Part shown: in pieces, positions 21,145-29,631 of the stretch
How the letters are laid out: the number at the start of each line of letters is the position of its first letter
How positions within the stretch are numbered: position 1 is the stretch's first letter
NCBI GenBank assembly: GCA_040218735.1
Contig: JAVJQW010000049.1
Span: forward strand, 32,001 to 96,000
Source of the DNA: Deltaproteobacteria bacterium
GTDB taxonomy: Bacteria > Myxococcota > Kuafuiibacteriia > Kuafuiibacteriales > Kuafuiibacteriaceae
Direction: 5' to 3'
Length of the DNA stretch: 64,000 nt
Position numbers and translations under genes: made by a program
The notes under the pieces: model-generated
Told to the model about the DNA's origin: nothing
What the model saw: only the letters and a program-made list of their open reading frames with translations
Databases searched by the model: none

Positions 21145-21555
21145 TGTGCGAGCGCCTGGCCCGTACCGAGCGAGTCGCCCGCACATCCTCGCTTCGCGAA
21201 GGGGCGTCCGCCACCGCCCCTCGGAGGCCCGCTGCGCGGGCCTAGAAGAAGAGGGGCCGCCTCGCCGCGCTTGCTGTCGCGGGTGCCGTAGGTCGGGGAT
21301 CGCTGCTGCAGGGCAGCGACCCGGACCTCGACGTCTGAGGGTTTGGTCACCGCTCTCGCTGAGCGTCTTGCTGCCCCGCTGGTCTCCGCTATCGACGACG
21401 ACGACGACAGCAACCGTAAGCCTGTGAAGCTGTCCGCGGCAACCTGTCGACGCGCACGGTGATGACGAACGGTGGTGGGTACGCAGAGACCGACCCCAAC
21501 GAGGACGGCTCGGTGGCGCGGCTGACATATCCGCGGACGAGCGGCGTGGTGACGC

Positions 21556-21577
21556 GTGAACCATCCTCGGGATCCAC
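21556..21577 (+). repeat. REP-like island motif copy
   Basis: GTGAACCATCCTCGGGATCCAC; 20/22 identical to 19605. Confidence 0.85.
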
Positions 21578-21794
21578 TGCGGCGACGACGGCGTCGAGTC
21601 CGTCGTCCTCGTTGCCGTGGGCGAGGACCGCGAGCTCGGGCTTCTGTCTGGCGGCTTCGCGATCTCGGGTCCAGGCGTGGCGCGCGGTTGCAGGACGAGA
21701 GGCTGGAACAAGGAAGTCGCCTGGGACGATGGAGATCGGGTCGTGTCTGCGAATGGGAATCGGCGCATCGACGAAATCGGGATCGAAGAAGCGC

Positions 21795-21834
21795 GCCACG
21801 ACGGAGGCGCAACCGTCGAGCCGAAAGTCCCGCC
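21795..21834 (+). repeat. 40-bp structured direct repeat, copy 2
   Basis: GCCACGACGGAGGCGCAACCGTCGAGCCGAAAGTCCCGCC. Confidence 0.85.
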
Positions 21835-21845
21835 GCCGCCGAGGC

Positions 21846-22141
21846 CTAATGCAGCCGGTCGTGCCAGTAGTCGGGGTGCTGCTTGAAGTGCGCGAAGGCG
21901 ACGATGATGGGCTCGCGTCGACGAAGGCGATGAGGATCTTGTAGGGGAAGCGGTCGACGATGAAGCGTCGGACCTCGGCGTCGACGCCTGAGAGCTGGGT
22001 TCCCGCTCGCGGGAACCGCTCGGCAAACCGAACACGACGGTCGACGGTGCGCGCGAATCGGTCAGCGGTGCTTGGGCTCTCGGCTCGGAACTCGAAGGCG
22101 GCGGCCTCGTACTCGAGGACGGCCTCTTTGAGCCACTTCAC
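21846..22141 (-). pseudogene. RelE/ParE-family toxin with a single-base frameshift
   Basis: N part ...FPRAG...VRRFIVDRFPYKIL; the canonical C-terminus IIVAFAHFKQHPDYWHDRL* is in another frame after ~21915. Confidence 0.8.
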
Positions 22142-22377
22142 GAAATAGGCTCTTCGAGCTTCCTCAATAGGTCGCGCTGAACGTCCTCGTGGTCGACCGT
22201 CTCGGCCTCGCCTGTGCGGAGGGCATCGATTCTCTTTTGGACGGTCTCTCGGAGCTCGGGCTCCAGCTCGGGTGGCTCCGTCGAGAGGTGCTCGATCAGC
22301 GTATGAGCCGTGAGTTCCTGCTCCTCGCGTTTGAGCGCGAGGGCATCCGCGATGACCTTCAGCACGTCTCCGGACAT
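22138..22377 (-). CDS. Addiction-module antitoxin (TIGR02574-like)
   Basis: ALALKREEQ...LIEHL...RIDALRTGEAETVDHEDV; its stop overlaps the toxin GTG; TAGCAT 7 nt before ATG. Confidence 0.85.
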   Translation of the reverse strand: MSGDVLKVIADALALKREEQELTAHTLIEHLSTEPPELEPELRETVQKRIDALRTGEAETVDHEDVQRDLLRKLEEPIS

Positions 22378-22752
22378 GCCGCGCATGCTAGCGACCCGGG
22401 GTGTACTTTCCAAGCCCGAAAGTGATGACGTGCCGAGTCCTGTGCCTTCTGGTTTGATGGTTCTATGTATATTTACAATATTACACTAAGTGTTTGATGG
22501 GGCGATCGTGACGCGGCGTCATCGGACGAGTAAGGCGCACCCGGCGACCGCACGGACCCGGAGGGCTTTGCGGCGCTGCTCGATGCAGACGACGGATTGG
22601 ATGCTCATACGGATTCGCTCCCCCGAAGGTGCAGCTGATCGAGCGGTCGGTGGACGCTTTCATCGCTTGGTGCGACCAGCGCGGCGTGGTGCGCCCGAGC
22701 CAACGTGACGCGCCCGGTGCTGCAGCGGTACGCGCGACATCTACCGCTAGAC

Positions 22753-22774
22753 GTGATCCATCCTCCAAATCCAC
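22753..22774 (+). repeat. REP-like island motif copy (right island edge)
   Basis: GTGATCCATCCTCCAAATCCAC; 20/22 identical to 19605. Confidence 0.85.
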
Positions 22775-23041
22775 GTACGACCCCCGCTACGACGGGCGCC
22801 GGCGTACGACCACGGCGGGCGGCCTACTGACGACGGCGCACGCCGGAGTGTTGCGCGTGAATCGCCAGGCGAGCAGCGCCGGTCGGGGTTGGTGATTGAC
22901 CGGGTGCTCGACGCGCATCGCCGCGAGTCTGGTACTGGCGTGCCCACGTCCCCTCGCACACACTGGCGTTTTCGGCGAACGGCGGTCGGCGGGCTCCAAA
23001 CCGCTTGCCCCGCCGCCACAAAGACGCCACGAATCACGGCC

Positions 23042-23704
23042 ATGCCGACCGTCGAGATCACCGACGCCAACTTCGAGTCCGCCGTGTTGCAGTCGGAGCT
23101 GCCGGTGCTGCTCGACTTCTGGGCGACGTGGTGCGCGCCCTGTAAGGCCGTGGCGCCGGTGCTCGAGGAGCTTTCGGAGCAGTACGCGGGGAAGTTGGTC
23201 ATCGGGAAGCTCGACGTGGATGCGTCGCCGCAGACGGCGCAGATGTTCGGGATTCGTTCCATCCCCACGCTGGTGCTCATGGACCAGGGCAAGCCGGTGA
23301 AGGCCGTGCAGGGGGCGCAGCCGAAGGAGGCGCTCGTGGAGCTGATCGAGTCGAACGTCGCCGGGCTGCGCGCGCCGACCGTGAAGCCGGAGGAGCTGGC
23401 TGCGCTGATGCAGCGCGGGATGCCGATCGTCGTGTTCGACCTTCGCGACCCGCGCGACGTTTCGCGCAGTCACTTGCGGCACGCGAAGACGGTCGCCGCC
23501 GACGCGTTGCCCGCGGCGATCGCCGAAGCGGATCCGCGGTCGCTCGTCGTGCTCGTGTGCCGGACCGGAGAGATCTCTTCGGAGGCCGCGGCGAAGATCG
23601 GGCAGCCGAACGTCGTCGCGATCGAGAAGGGCCTCCTCGAATGGGAGGGCGCCGGGTTCGAGACTTTCAGCGACCGCGAGGAAGCCGAGCTCGACGCCGG
23701 CTGA
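23042..23704 (+). CDS. Thioredoxin-rhodanese fusion protein
   Basis: DFWATWCAPCK, FGIRSIPT; then DLRDP...SHLRHA...VLVCRTGEIS...KGLLEW rhodanese domain. Confidence 0.9.
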   Translation: MPTVEITDANFESAVLQSELPVLLDFWATWCAPCKAVAPVLEELSEQYAGKLVIGKLDVDASPQTAQMFGIRSIPTLVLMDQGKPVKAVQGAQPKEALVELIESNVAGLRAPTVKPEELAALMQRGMPIVVFDLRDPRDVSRSHLRHAKTVAADALPAAIAEADPRSLVVLVCRTGEISSEAAAKIGQPNVVAIEKGLLEWEGAGFETFSDREEAELDAG

Positions 23705-24223
23705 TCAGCGCATCGCAGGGATCGCGTCGGGGCGGGCGAATCGATCGCGCAGGACCGCGAGCTCGTCGCGACGCACCTCGACGGAGCGACCGTTCTCGAG
23801 ATCCTCCAGCACCAAGCTCCCGTCTTCGCTCAGACCGCCGCGGCCGATCTCCACACCGTCCGCGAGGACGCGGAAGCTCTCGGCTTCGCGCTCGAGCCGG
23901 TACTCGCGGTCGCCGACCTGCACGACCACGGCGTCCTCCGACTCCGACTTCACTTGCGCCGTCGCTCCGCCGCCGAGCGGGTTGGAGCCCGTCCAGAACT
24001 CGATCAGGTTGAAGATGATCGCGTCGCCGAGCGTGATGAGCTCGTAGACCGGGATGATGACCAGGACCCAGAACACGATCGTGTTGAGGAACTTGTTGCC
24101 GAGGCTTCCGTTCCAGGTGTGCAGCTTCTTCGTGAGCGCGAAGCTCCCGTAGCAGCCGGTCGTGCCGACCGTCGCACCGGTGATCGTCGTAGCTGCGAGG
24201 AGAGCGATGAGGCGTTTGTTCAT
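23705..24223 (-). CDS. DUF3332-family lipoprotein
   Basis: GCYGSFALTKKLHTWN...IPVY...DAIIFNLIEFWTGSNP. Confidence 0.85.
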   Translation of the reverse strand: MNKRLIALLAATTITGATVGTTGCYGSFALTKKLHTWNGSLGNKFLNTIVFWVLVIIPVYELITLGDAIIFNLIEFWTGSNPLGGGATAQVKSESEDAVVVQVGDREYRLEREAESFRVLADGVEIGRGGLSEDGSLVLEDLENGRSVEVRRDELAVLRDRFARPDAIPAMR

Positions 24224-24324
24224 GCGGCGCGGTATGCCGCGTGGGGACGCGCCGTCGCCATACACGACGCGGCGCTTTTGTATTCGTCCGGAGGGTGGGC
24301 GACAACCCGCGGTGGGGTCAGCGA

Positions 24325-25851
24325 TCAGACACCGTCGACGAGGCGCTGGATCTCCATGAGCGCGTCGCGCGCGGTGGCCGCTCGGGTGAGCTCGGCGCGC
24401 ATCGTGTCGAGGTCGGCCTGGAGCTGATCGCGCGCGGCACCGAGGTCCGCGATGCGACCCTCCGCGAGCTGCAGCTCCGCCGTCGTCGCCTCCAGCGCGT
24501 CCTTGAGCTCGGCGCCCTGCGCGCGGGACTTCGCGAGGGCCTCGTCCTTGTTCTCGAGCTCCTGCTCGAGCGCGCCGAGCAGCTCGCGCTGACGCTGGTC
24601 GAGCTCGGTGAGCTCCGTGATCCGATCGAGGACGCGGTCGCGCTCCTCCGCGAGCGCCTCCGACTCCTCGATCAGCTCGTCCGCGACCGCCTGCCGCTCC
24701 GTCGCGAGCGCCTCCGCCTTCTCGCGAGCCTTCTGCTCCGCGTCGAGGCGCTGCGTCAGCTCCGCGACGCGCCGGTCACGCTCCGCCAGCTGCTCGGCGA
24801 GCTTGCGCTTGTCGACCTGCGCGGTCTCCAACGCCTCGCGGAGCGAAGCCACGGTCTGACGCACACGCGACGCCGTCGCGGCCGGCGCGGGGGCTGGCTC
24901 CTCGGTGCGCTTCGCCGCGACCGCGAGGCGAGCCTTGAGGGCGTCGATGCGAGCGCGACCGGACTGCACGACGTCGGCCGCCGGGACCTCGAGGAGGGGG
25001 CGTCGGGAGGACGGCGGCGTGGTGGCGGCCGCGGGCTGCGCAGTGGTGGGGGAGGTCGCCGATGGGGGCGTCGGCGCGGCGATGGGGGCCTGCGCGGATG
25101 CGGTGGGTGCGGGCGCAGCCTGGGAGGCCGACGCGGGCGTCGGTGCGGATGCTGGGGCCGCCACAGGCGTGGACGGGGATGCGGTGGCTGCCGGTGTCGT
25201 GGCCGGGGCCGATGCGGCGCCGGACGCCGGTGGTGGTGAGGCTGCGGGGGCCGAGGCCGGTGACGGCGCCGGGGCTGCGGTCGCAGCGGGGACGCTCGCG
25301 GATGCCGAGGCGGACTCGGTCGCGGCTATGGGCTCGGGTTCGGACGCAGACTCCGGTGCGGCCACGGAACCGGACGCGGCCACGGAACCGGACGCGGACT
25401 CGGAATCGGACGCGGCCACGGAATCGGACTCGGAATCGGACTCGGAATCGGACTCGGAATCGGACTCGGAATCGGACTCGGCCACGGAGTCGGACGCGGA
25501 CACGGACGCGGACACGGACACGGTTGCGGACGCGGACTCGGGTGCGGCCACGGACTCGGACGCGGACACCGCCTCGGGTTCCGTCACCGCCTCCGGCACC
25601 GGCACCACCTCGGCACTCGCGGGCACCTCCGCCTTCGCCGCGGCAACACGCCCCGCGTCCTTGCTCTTACCCCTCGGCGCCTTGGCTCGGGCCTTCGCCT
25701 TTTCGGGACCCGGACCGGAACCGGGACCCGGACCGGGTGGGGTGGGGAGCTCCGACGGGACCTCGTCGCTCACGGGCAGGTCCGCGAGCATCGTGCCCAG
25801 GCGGGTGCGCGGCTTCTTCTTCGAGACGTTCTTCGAAAACGCGGACTTCAT
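24325..25851 (-). CDS. pomX: PomX-like ATPase-activating coiled-coil scaffold
   Basis: N-peptide MKSAFSKNVSKKKPRTRLG resembles the Myxococcus PomX N-peptide; Ala/Pro-rich linker; C-terminal coiled coil; lies downstream of pomZ. Confidence 0.8.
   Translation of the reverse strand: MKSAFSKNVSKKKPRTRLGTMLADLPVSDEVPSELPTPPGPGPGSGPGPEKAKARAKAPRGKSKDAGRVAAAKAEVPASAEVVPVPEAVTEPEAVSASESVAAPESASATVSVSASVSASDSVAESDSESDSESDSESDSESDSVAASDSESASGSVAASGSVAAPESASEPEPIAATESASASASVPAATAAPAPSPASAPAASPPPASGAASAPATTPAATASPSTPVAAPASAPTPASASQAAPAPTASAQAPIAAPTPPSATSPTTAQPAAATTPPSSRRPLLEVPAADVVQSGRARIDALKARLAVAAKRTEEPAPAPAATASRVRQTVASLREALETAQVDKRKLAEQLAERDRRVAELTQRLDAEQKAREKAEALATERQAVADELIEESEALAEERDRVLDRITELTELDQRQRELLGALEQELENKDEALAKSRAQGAELKDALEATTAELQLAEGRIADLGAARDQLQADLDTMRAELTRAATARDALMEIQRLVDGV
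25419..25478. repeat. 12-bp tandem repeat CGGAATCGGACT x5 (SESD)n within a longer degenerate tract
   Basis: Five perfect copies seen; degenerate units extend over ~25330-25570. Confidence 0.95.
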
Positions 25852-26843
25852 TGCATCTGCTCCGTGGCTACCGGCTCCGGCTGGGACGGCGTGACTTGGG
25901 CCGTCGCCGGGGCGTGGATGGCGTCGATCATGGTCTGGACGTCGGCGGCGCCCTTGCTCGACGGGTCGAACAGGAAGATCGGCGTGCCCTCGCTCGAGGC
26001 CTGGGCGAACGTCGTGCACTGCCGGACCACCTCCGGGAGCAGGTACTCCGGATAGTGCTCCGCCAACGCGTCCCGCGCGGCGCGGGCGATCTTCGTGGTC
26101 GGGTTGAACTGGTTGATCACGATGAAGACGCGCTCGAGGCGGTGGTCGAGATCCTCCGCGATGTCGTCCAGCGTCTCGAACAACAGCTTCAAGCCGTGGA
26201 ACGACAGGAAGTCCGGCAGCACCGGCACGATGAGATCGTCGGCCGCCACAATCGCGTTCAGGTTCAACAACCCGAACGAGGGCGGGGCGTCGAGCACCAC
26301 GTACTCGTACTCGTCCTGCACCGCCGCCAACGATCGCTTCAAACGATTCTCGCGGTTCGACATCGGCATCAGCGACAGGTCCACCGTCGCCATGCGCAGG
26401 TTCGACGGAATCAGATGCAGCTCCGGGATCTCCGTCTCGATGCGGACCTCCGCCATCGGGACCTTCTTCACGAGGACCTCGAAGAGCGTCGCATCCTGCT
26501 CCTCGCCGTCGTAGCCGACGCACTTCGTCGCGTGGCCCTGCGAGTCGAGGTCGATCAGCAGCACGCGGTGCCCCAGCTCCGCCAGGCGCTGCGCGTAGGA
26601 CACCGACAGCGACGTCTTCCCCGTTCCACCCTTGAAGTTCAGGAACAGCTGCGTCCGCAGCGGCTGCCGCGCGGGTTGCCGCGCGAGCCGCGCGCGGTAA
26701 CGCGAGAGGTCACCGAGCGGATAGGTCTCCTTCGGGCCGCCGAGCTCCGACAGCACGCCGACGCGCTCCAGCGTCTCCAGCTCGTCGACCGACATCGACA
26801 GCAGCTCCGCCATCCGCTTCTTGGGGTACGTCACGTCCTCCAT
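25848..26843 (-). CDS. pomZ: ParA/MinD-family ATPase PomZ
   Basis: QLFLNFKGGTGKTSLS, IDLDSQGHATKC, DAPPSFGLLNLNA and DFLSFHGLKLLFET; N-terminal HTH-like extension. Confidence 0.9.
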   Translation of the reverse strand: MEDVTYPKKRMAELLSMSVDELETLERVGVLSELGGPKETYPLGDLSRYRARLARQPARQPLRTQLFLNFKGGTGKTSLSVSYAQRLAELGHRVLLIDLDSQGHATKCVGYDGEEQDATLFEVLVKKVPMAEVRIETEIPELHLIPSNLRMATVDLSLMPMSNRENRLKRSLAAVQDEYEYVVLDAPPSFGLLNLNAIVAADDLIVPVLPDFLSFHGLKLLFETLDDIAEDLDHRLERVFIVINQFNPTTKIARAARDALAEHYPEYLLPEVVRQCTTFAQASSEGTPIFLFDPSSKGAADVQTMIDAIHAPATAQVTPSQPEPVATEQMQ

Positions 26844-28429
26844 TGCGTGTTCCTTTCCGCCGCGCCTTCGGCCGGCGCGAGGCGCGCGCACAGCTGCGCG
26901 CGCAGCGACTGCGCCATCTTCCGTCGCGTCGCGGCGTCCGCCTCGGCGACGCCGTTCAACGTCACACCGAGCCGGCGCGACAGCGCCCGCGCGACCCCCA
27001 CGCGCACGGCGTGGTCCTCGTCCATCAGCTGACGCGTCAACGTCAGCAACGCGCGCTCGTCCCCGCGCGTCCCGATCGCCGTGGCGATCGCGCGGCGCGT
27101 GCCCGCGTCCTCGTCGTCCATCGCGCCGAGCAACACACCCACCGGGTCGAACGAGCTCGTCCCCGACGCCGCCAGCACCGCACGCCGACGCACCCGCGGA
27201 TCCGCGTCCGCGAGCGCCGCGCGCAAGAGCATCGCGGGGTCGTCGGCCTCGGCGAAGCCCGCGCCGTTCACCGAGCCCGCGCCGTTCACCGAGCCCGCGC
27301 CGTTCGCGGAGGCGCCCGCGCCGTTCGCTTCGAAGTCGCGGCCGTCGAGCGCCGACGTGCGAGCGCTCGGTCCCTGCGCGCGCCGCGTCGCCCCCGCGTC
27401 CATCCGCGCCAGCCCCGCCTCCACGCTCGCCGCGCGTATGCGCCAGTCCGCGTCCGCCCGCGCCGCCAAGAGCGCCTGCTCCGCGACCGGGCCGGGCAGC
27501 GTGCCGAGCCCGCGCAGGCAGGCGTCGCGGGTGTCGAAGTCCGCCGACGAGCGCAGCACGAACGCCAGGGCCGGGGCCGCCGCTTCGTGGGCCGAGGACA
27601 TCAGCGCCTCGACCGCGCCCGCGGCGCGCTCGGCGGTGCCGTCGAGGAGCGCCTCGAAACACGCCGACGCCTGGGCCCGCGACAGCGAGCCCTCGATGGT
27701 CTCCAGCGCCGCCCGCGCGTCCGCCGCGGACAGGCCCGTCTCGGACGGAGCCACCGGCGGCGCCTCCAGCCAGCGCGGCGTGCTCGGCGGGGTGGACGGC
27801 GTCGTCGGCACCACCGCTTGCGGAGGCTCGACGCCCGCGTCCGCGAGCGCGTGGCGGAGCGCGCGGTTCGTCGCCTCCGTCGCCGTCCGATCCGCGGACA
27901 GCTTCAAGGTCTCGTTGCGCAGCTCCGCGATCAGGCTCGCGAGATCGATGGCGTCCCGATCCCCCGCCGCGACCGCGTGCTGCCAGCGCACCAGCCGCTC
28001 GAAGAAGCGCTCCTGCTGACGCTCCATCCGATCGATCCGCGCCTGCGCGCGCGTGAGCGCTTCGCCGTCGGCGTCGTCCTTCTGCCGCGTCGCCAGCAGC
28101 CGCGCGTACGCCTCGGCCACGCGGTCCTGCGTCGCCTCCGCGCTCCCGCGCCGCTCGACCTCGCGGAGCGTCTTTTCGGCCTGTGCGGCCCGATCCGACA
28201 GCCTCGCGGACTCCGCGCGCGCCTCCGCGAGGCGCGTCGTCAGCCCCCGGATCTTCTCCGCGGACTCCGCCTCGCGGCGTGTGCTGTCCGCGACGAGCCG
28301 ACGTTGCGCGTTCACCGCCTCACGCTCGGACTCGAGGCGGGCCGCCATCTGATCCAGTCGCCACTCGAGGAAACCGATCCGCTCGACGGCAGCCGCCAGC
28401 GCTTCGAGATCCATGTCCTTGCGATCCAT
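26831..28429 (-). CDS. pomY: PomY-like coiled-coil/HEAT-repeat protein
   Basis: N-terminal coiled coil; HEAT repeats (DADWRIRAA, DADPRVRRRA, DEDAGTRRA, DEDHAVRVG); lies upstream of pomZ. Confidence 0.75.
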   Translation of the reverse strand: MDRKDMDLEALAAAVERIGFLEWRLDQMAARLESEREAVNAQRRLVADSTRREAESAEKIRGLTTRLAEARAESARLSDRAAQAEKTLREVERRGSAEATQDRVAEAYARLLATRQKDDADGEALTRAQARIDRMERQQERFFERLVRWQHAVAAGDRDAIDLASLIAELRNETLKLSADRTATEATNRALRHALADAGVEPPQAVVPTTPSTPPSTPRWLEAPPVAPSETGLSAADARAALETIEGSLSRAQASACFEALLDGTAERAAGAVEALMSSAHEAAAPALAFVLRSSADFDTRDACLRGLGTLPGPVAEQALLAARADADWRIRAASVEAGLARMDAGATRRAQGPSARTSALDGRDFEANGAGASANGAGSVNGAGSVNGAGFAEADDPAMLLRAALADADPRVRRRAVLAASGTSSFDPVGVLLGAMDDEDAGTRRAIATAIGTRGDERALLTLTRQLMDEDHAVRVGVARALSRRLGVTLNGVAEADAATRRKMAQSLRAQLCARLAPAEGAAERNTQWRT

Positions 28430-28561
28430 CAGAGGCGATCCGATCCGCGCGCCGGATCCATCGCCGAGGAGACTCGGAGACACGACCGAACGTCGCGAAC
28501 CCTCTACGCCGGCAAGGTACACAACACCTGTGGGGCCGTCGATCCCCATTCTACCGAAAAG

Positions 28562-29623
28562 ATGATATCGAAAAGAACGCCGGCTGGACCGCGCTCACGA
28601 TCCCCTGCTAGGCCATCCGACGTGGAAACACGATCGCTGCGTTCCGTCCCCGACGCGTACCGGGGCCGGCACGAACCTCTCGACCCAAAGCACGTCTTCG
28701 AGCTCATGGTGAAGTCGCGCGCGCTCGAAGAGCGGCTGATCGCGATGACCCGATCCTCGGACGGCTTCTTCTGGATCGGCGGCCCCGGCGAAGAAGCGTT
28801 CAACGTCCCGCTCGGCCTCCTCGTGAACAAGGGCGAAGGCCTCGATCACGACTTCCTCCACCTGCACTACCGCAGCTCCGCGATCCTCACCGCGATGGGC
28901 ATGCCGATGATCGACGCGATCCGGCAGATGGCCTCCAAAGCGACCGACCCCCACACCGGCGGCCGCAACTTCATCAACCACTTCGCCATGAAGGCGTGGA
29001 ACGTCGTCCCGGGCACGTCGACCATCGAGACCCAGTACGCCGTCGCCCCCGGCACCGCCCTCGCGCAGAAGCGCCACGGCGGTCACGGCATCACGATCGT
29101 CAACGGCGGTGACGCCGGCAGCGCCGAGGGTGACTTCGCGACGTGCCTCAACTGGTCCAGCCGCCCCGGGCGCGAGCTGCCGCTCCTCATCATCGTCGTG
29201 AACAACAAATACGGCATCTCGACGCCGTTCGATCAGGTGCACGGCGACCAGTTCATCGCCCGCCGCGGCGAAGCGTTCGGCATCCGGTGGGACGTCCTGA
29301 ACGGCAACGACCCCGTCGAGTCGCACCAAAAGCTCTCGGAGATCATCGCGTACATCCGCGAGGAGCGGATGCCGTTCGTGCTCGAGGCGTACACCTCGCG
29401 CCTTCACGGTCACTCCAGCTCATCGGGCGCCGCGCGCGTGCACGACGAGCCGGACTGCGTGAAGGACTACGGCGAAAAGCTCGTCGCCGAGGGCATCTTC
29501 ACCGCGGACGACATCGCCCAGCTCGAGAAGAAGTACCGCGACGAAGGCCTCGCCGCGCTCGAGCAGGCCCGTAGCGAACCCGATCCGGATCCGTCGACGA
29601 TCCACGACCACACCTTCGCGTGA
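28562..29623 (+). CDS. bkdA1: 2-oxoacid (probably branched-chain) dehydrogenase E1 alpha subunit
   Basis: TPP motif GGDAGSAEGD...NN; GEEA, HYR, RLHGHSSS; start uncertain (28562 or GTG 28622). Confidence 0.88.
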   Translation: MISKRTPAGPRSRSPARPSDVETRSLRSVPDAYRGRHEPLDPKHVFELMVKSRALEERLIAMTRSSDGFFWIGGPGEEAFNVPLGLLVNKGEGLDHDFLHLHYRSSAILTAMGMPMIDAIRQMASKATDPHTGGRNFINHFAMKAWNVVPGTSTIETQYAVAPGTALAQKRHGGHGITIVNGGDAGSAEGDFATCLNWSSRPGRELPLLIIVVNNKYGISTPFDQVHGDQFIARRGEAFGIRWDVLNGNDPVESHQKLSEIIAYIREERMPFVLEAYTSRLHGHSSSSGAARVHDEPDCVKDYGEKLVAEGIFTADDIAQLEKKYRDEGLAALEQARSEPDPDPSTIHDHTFA

Positions 29624-29631
29624 GATAGAAA

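Noticed and set aside
21389-21845. 250-aa reading of the ParE ORF
   Set aside because: The extension results from the frameshift and reads through repeat DNA
22455-22495. AT-rich stretch containing TGTATA, resembling a dif/XerCD site
   Set aside because: The flanking arms do not match the XerD arm TTATGTTAAAT on either strand
22490-22895. Short ORFs near the right island edge
   Set aside because: No motif support; at most a gene remnant interrupted by the 22753 repeat
26843-28561. Long N-terminal extensions in the ORF track for E1 alpha (also pomZ, pomX, the 38491 oxidoreductase, CobW and RAYT)
   Set aside because: They overlap real genes or non-coding repeats; homology motifs begin at downstream starts
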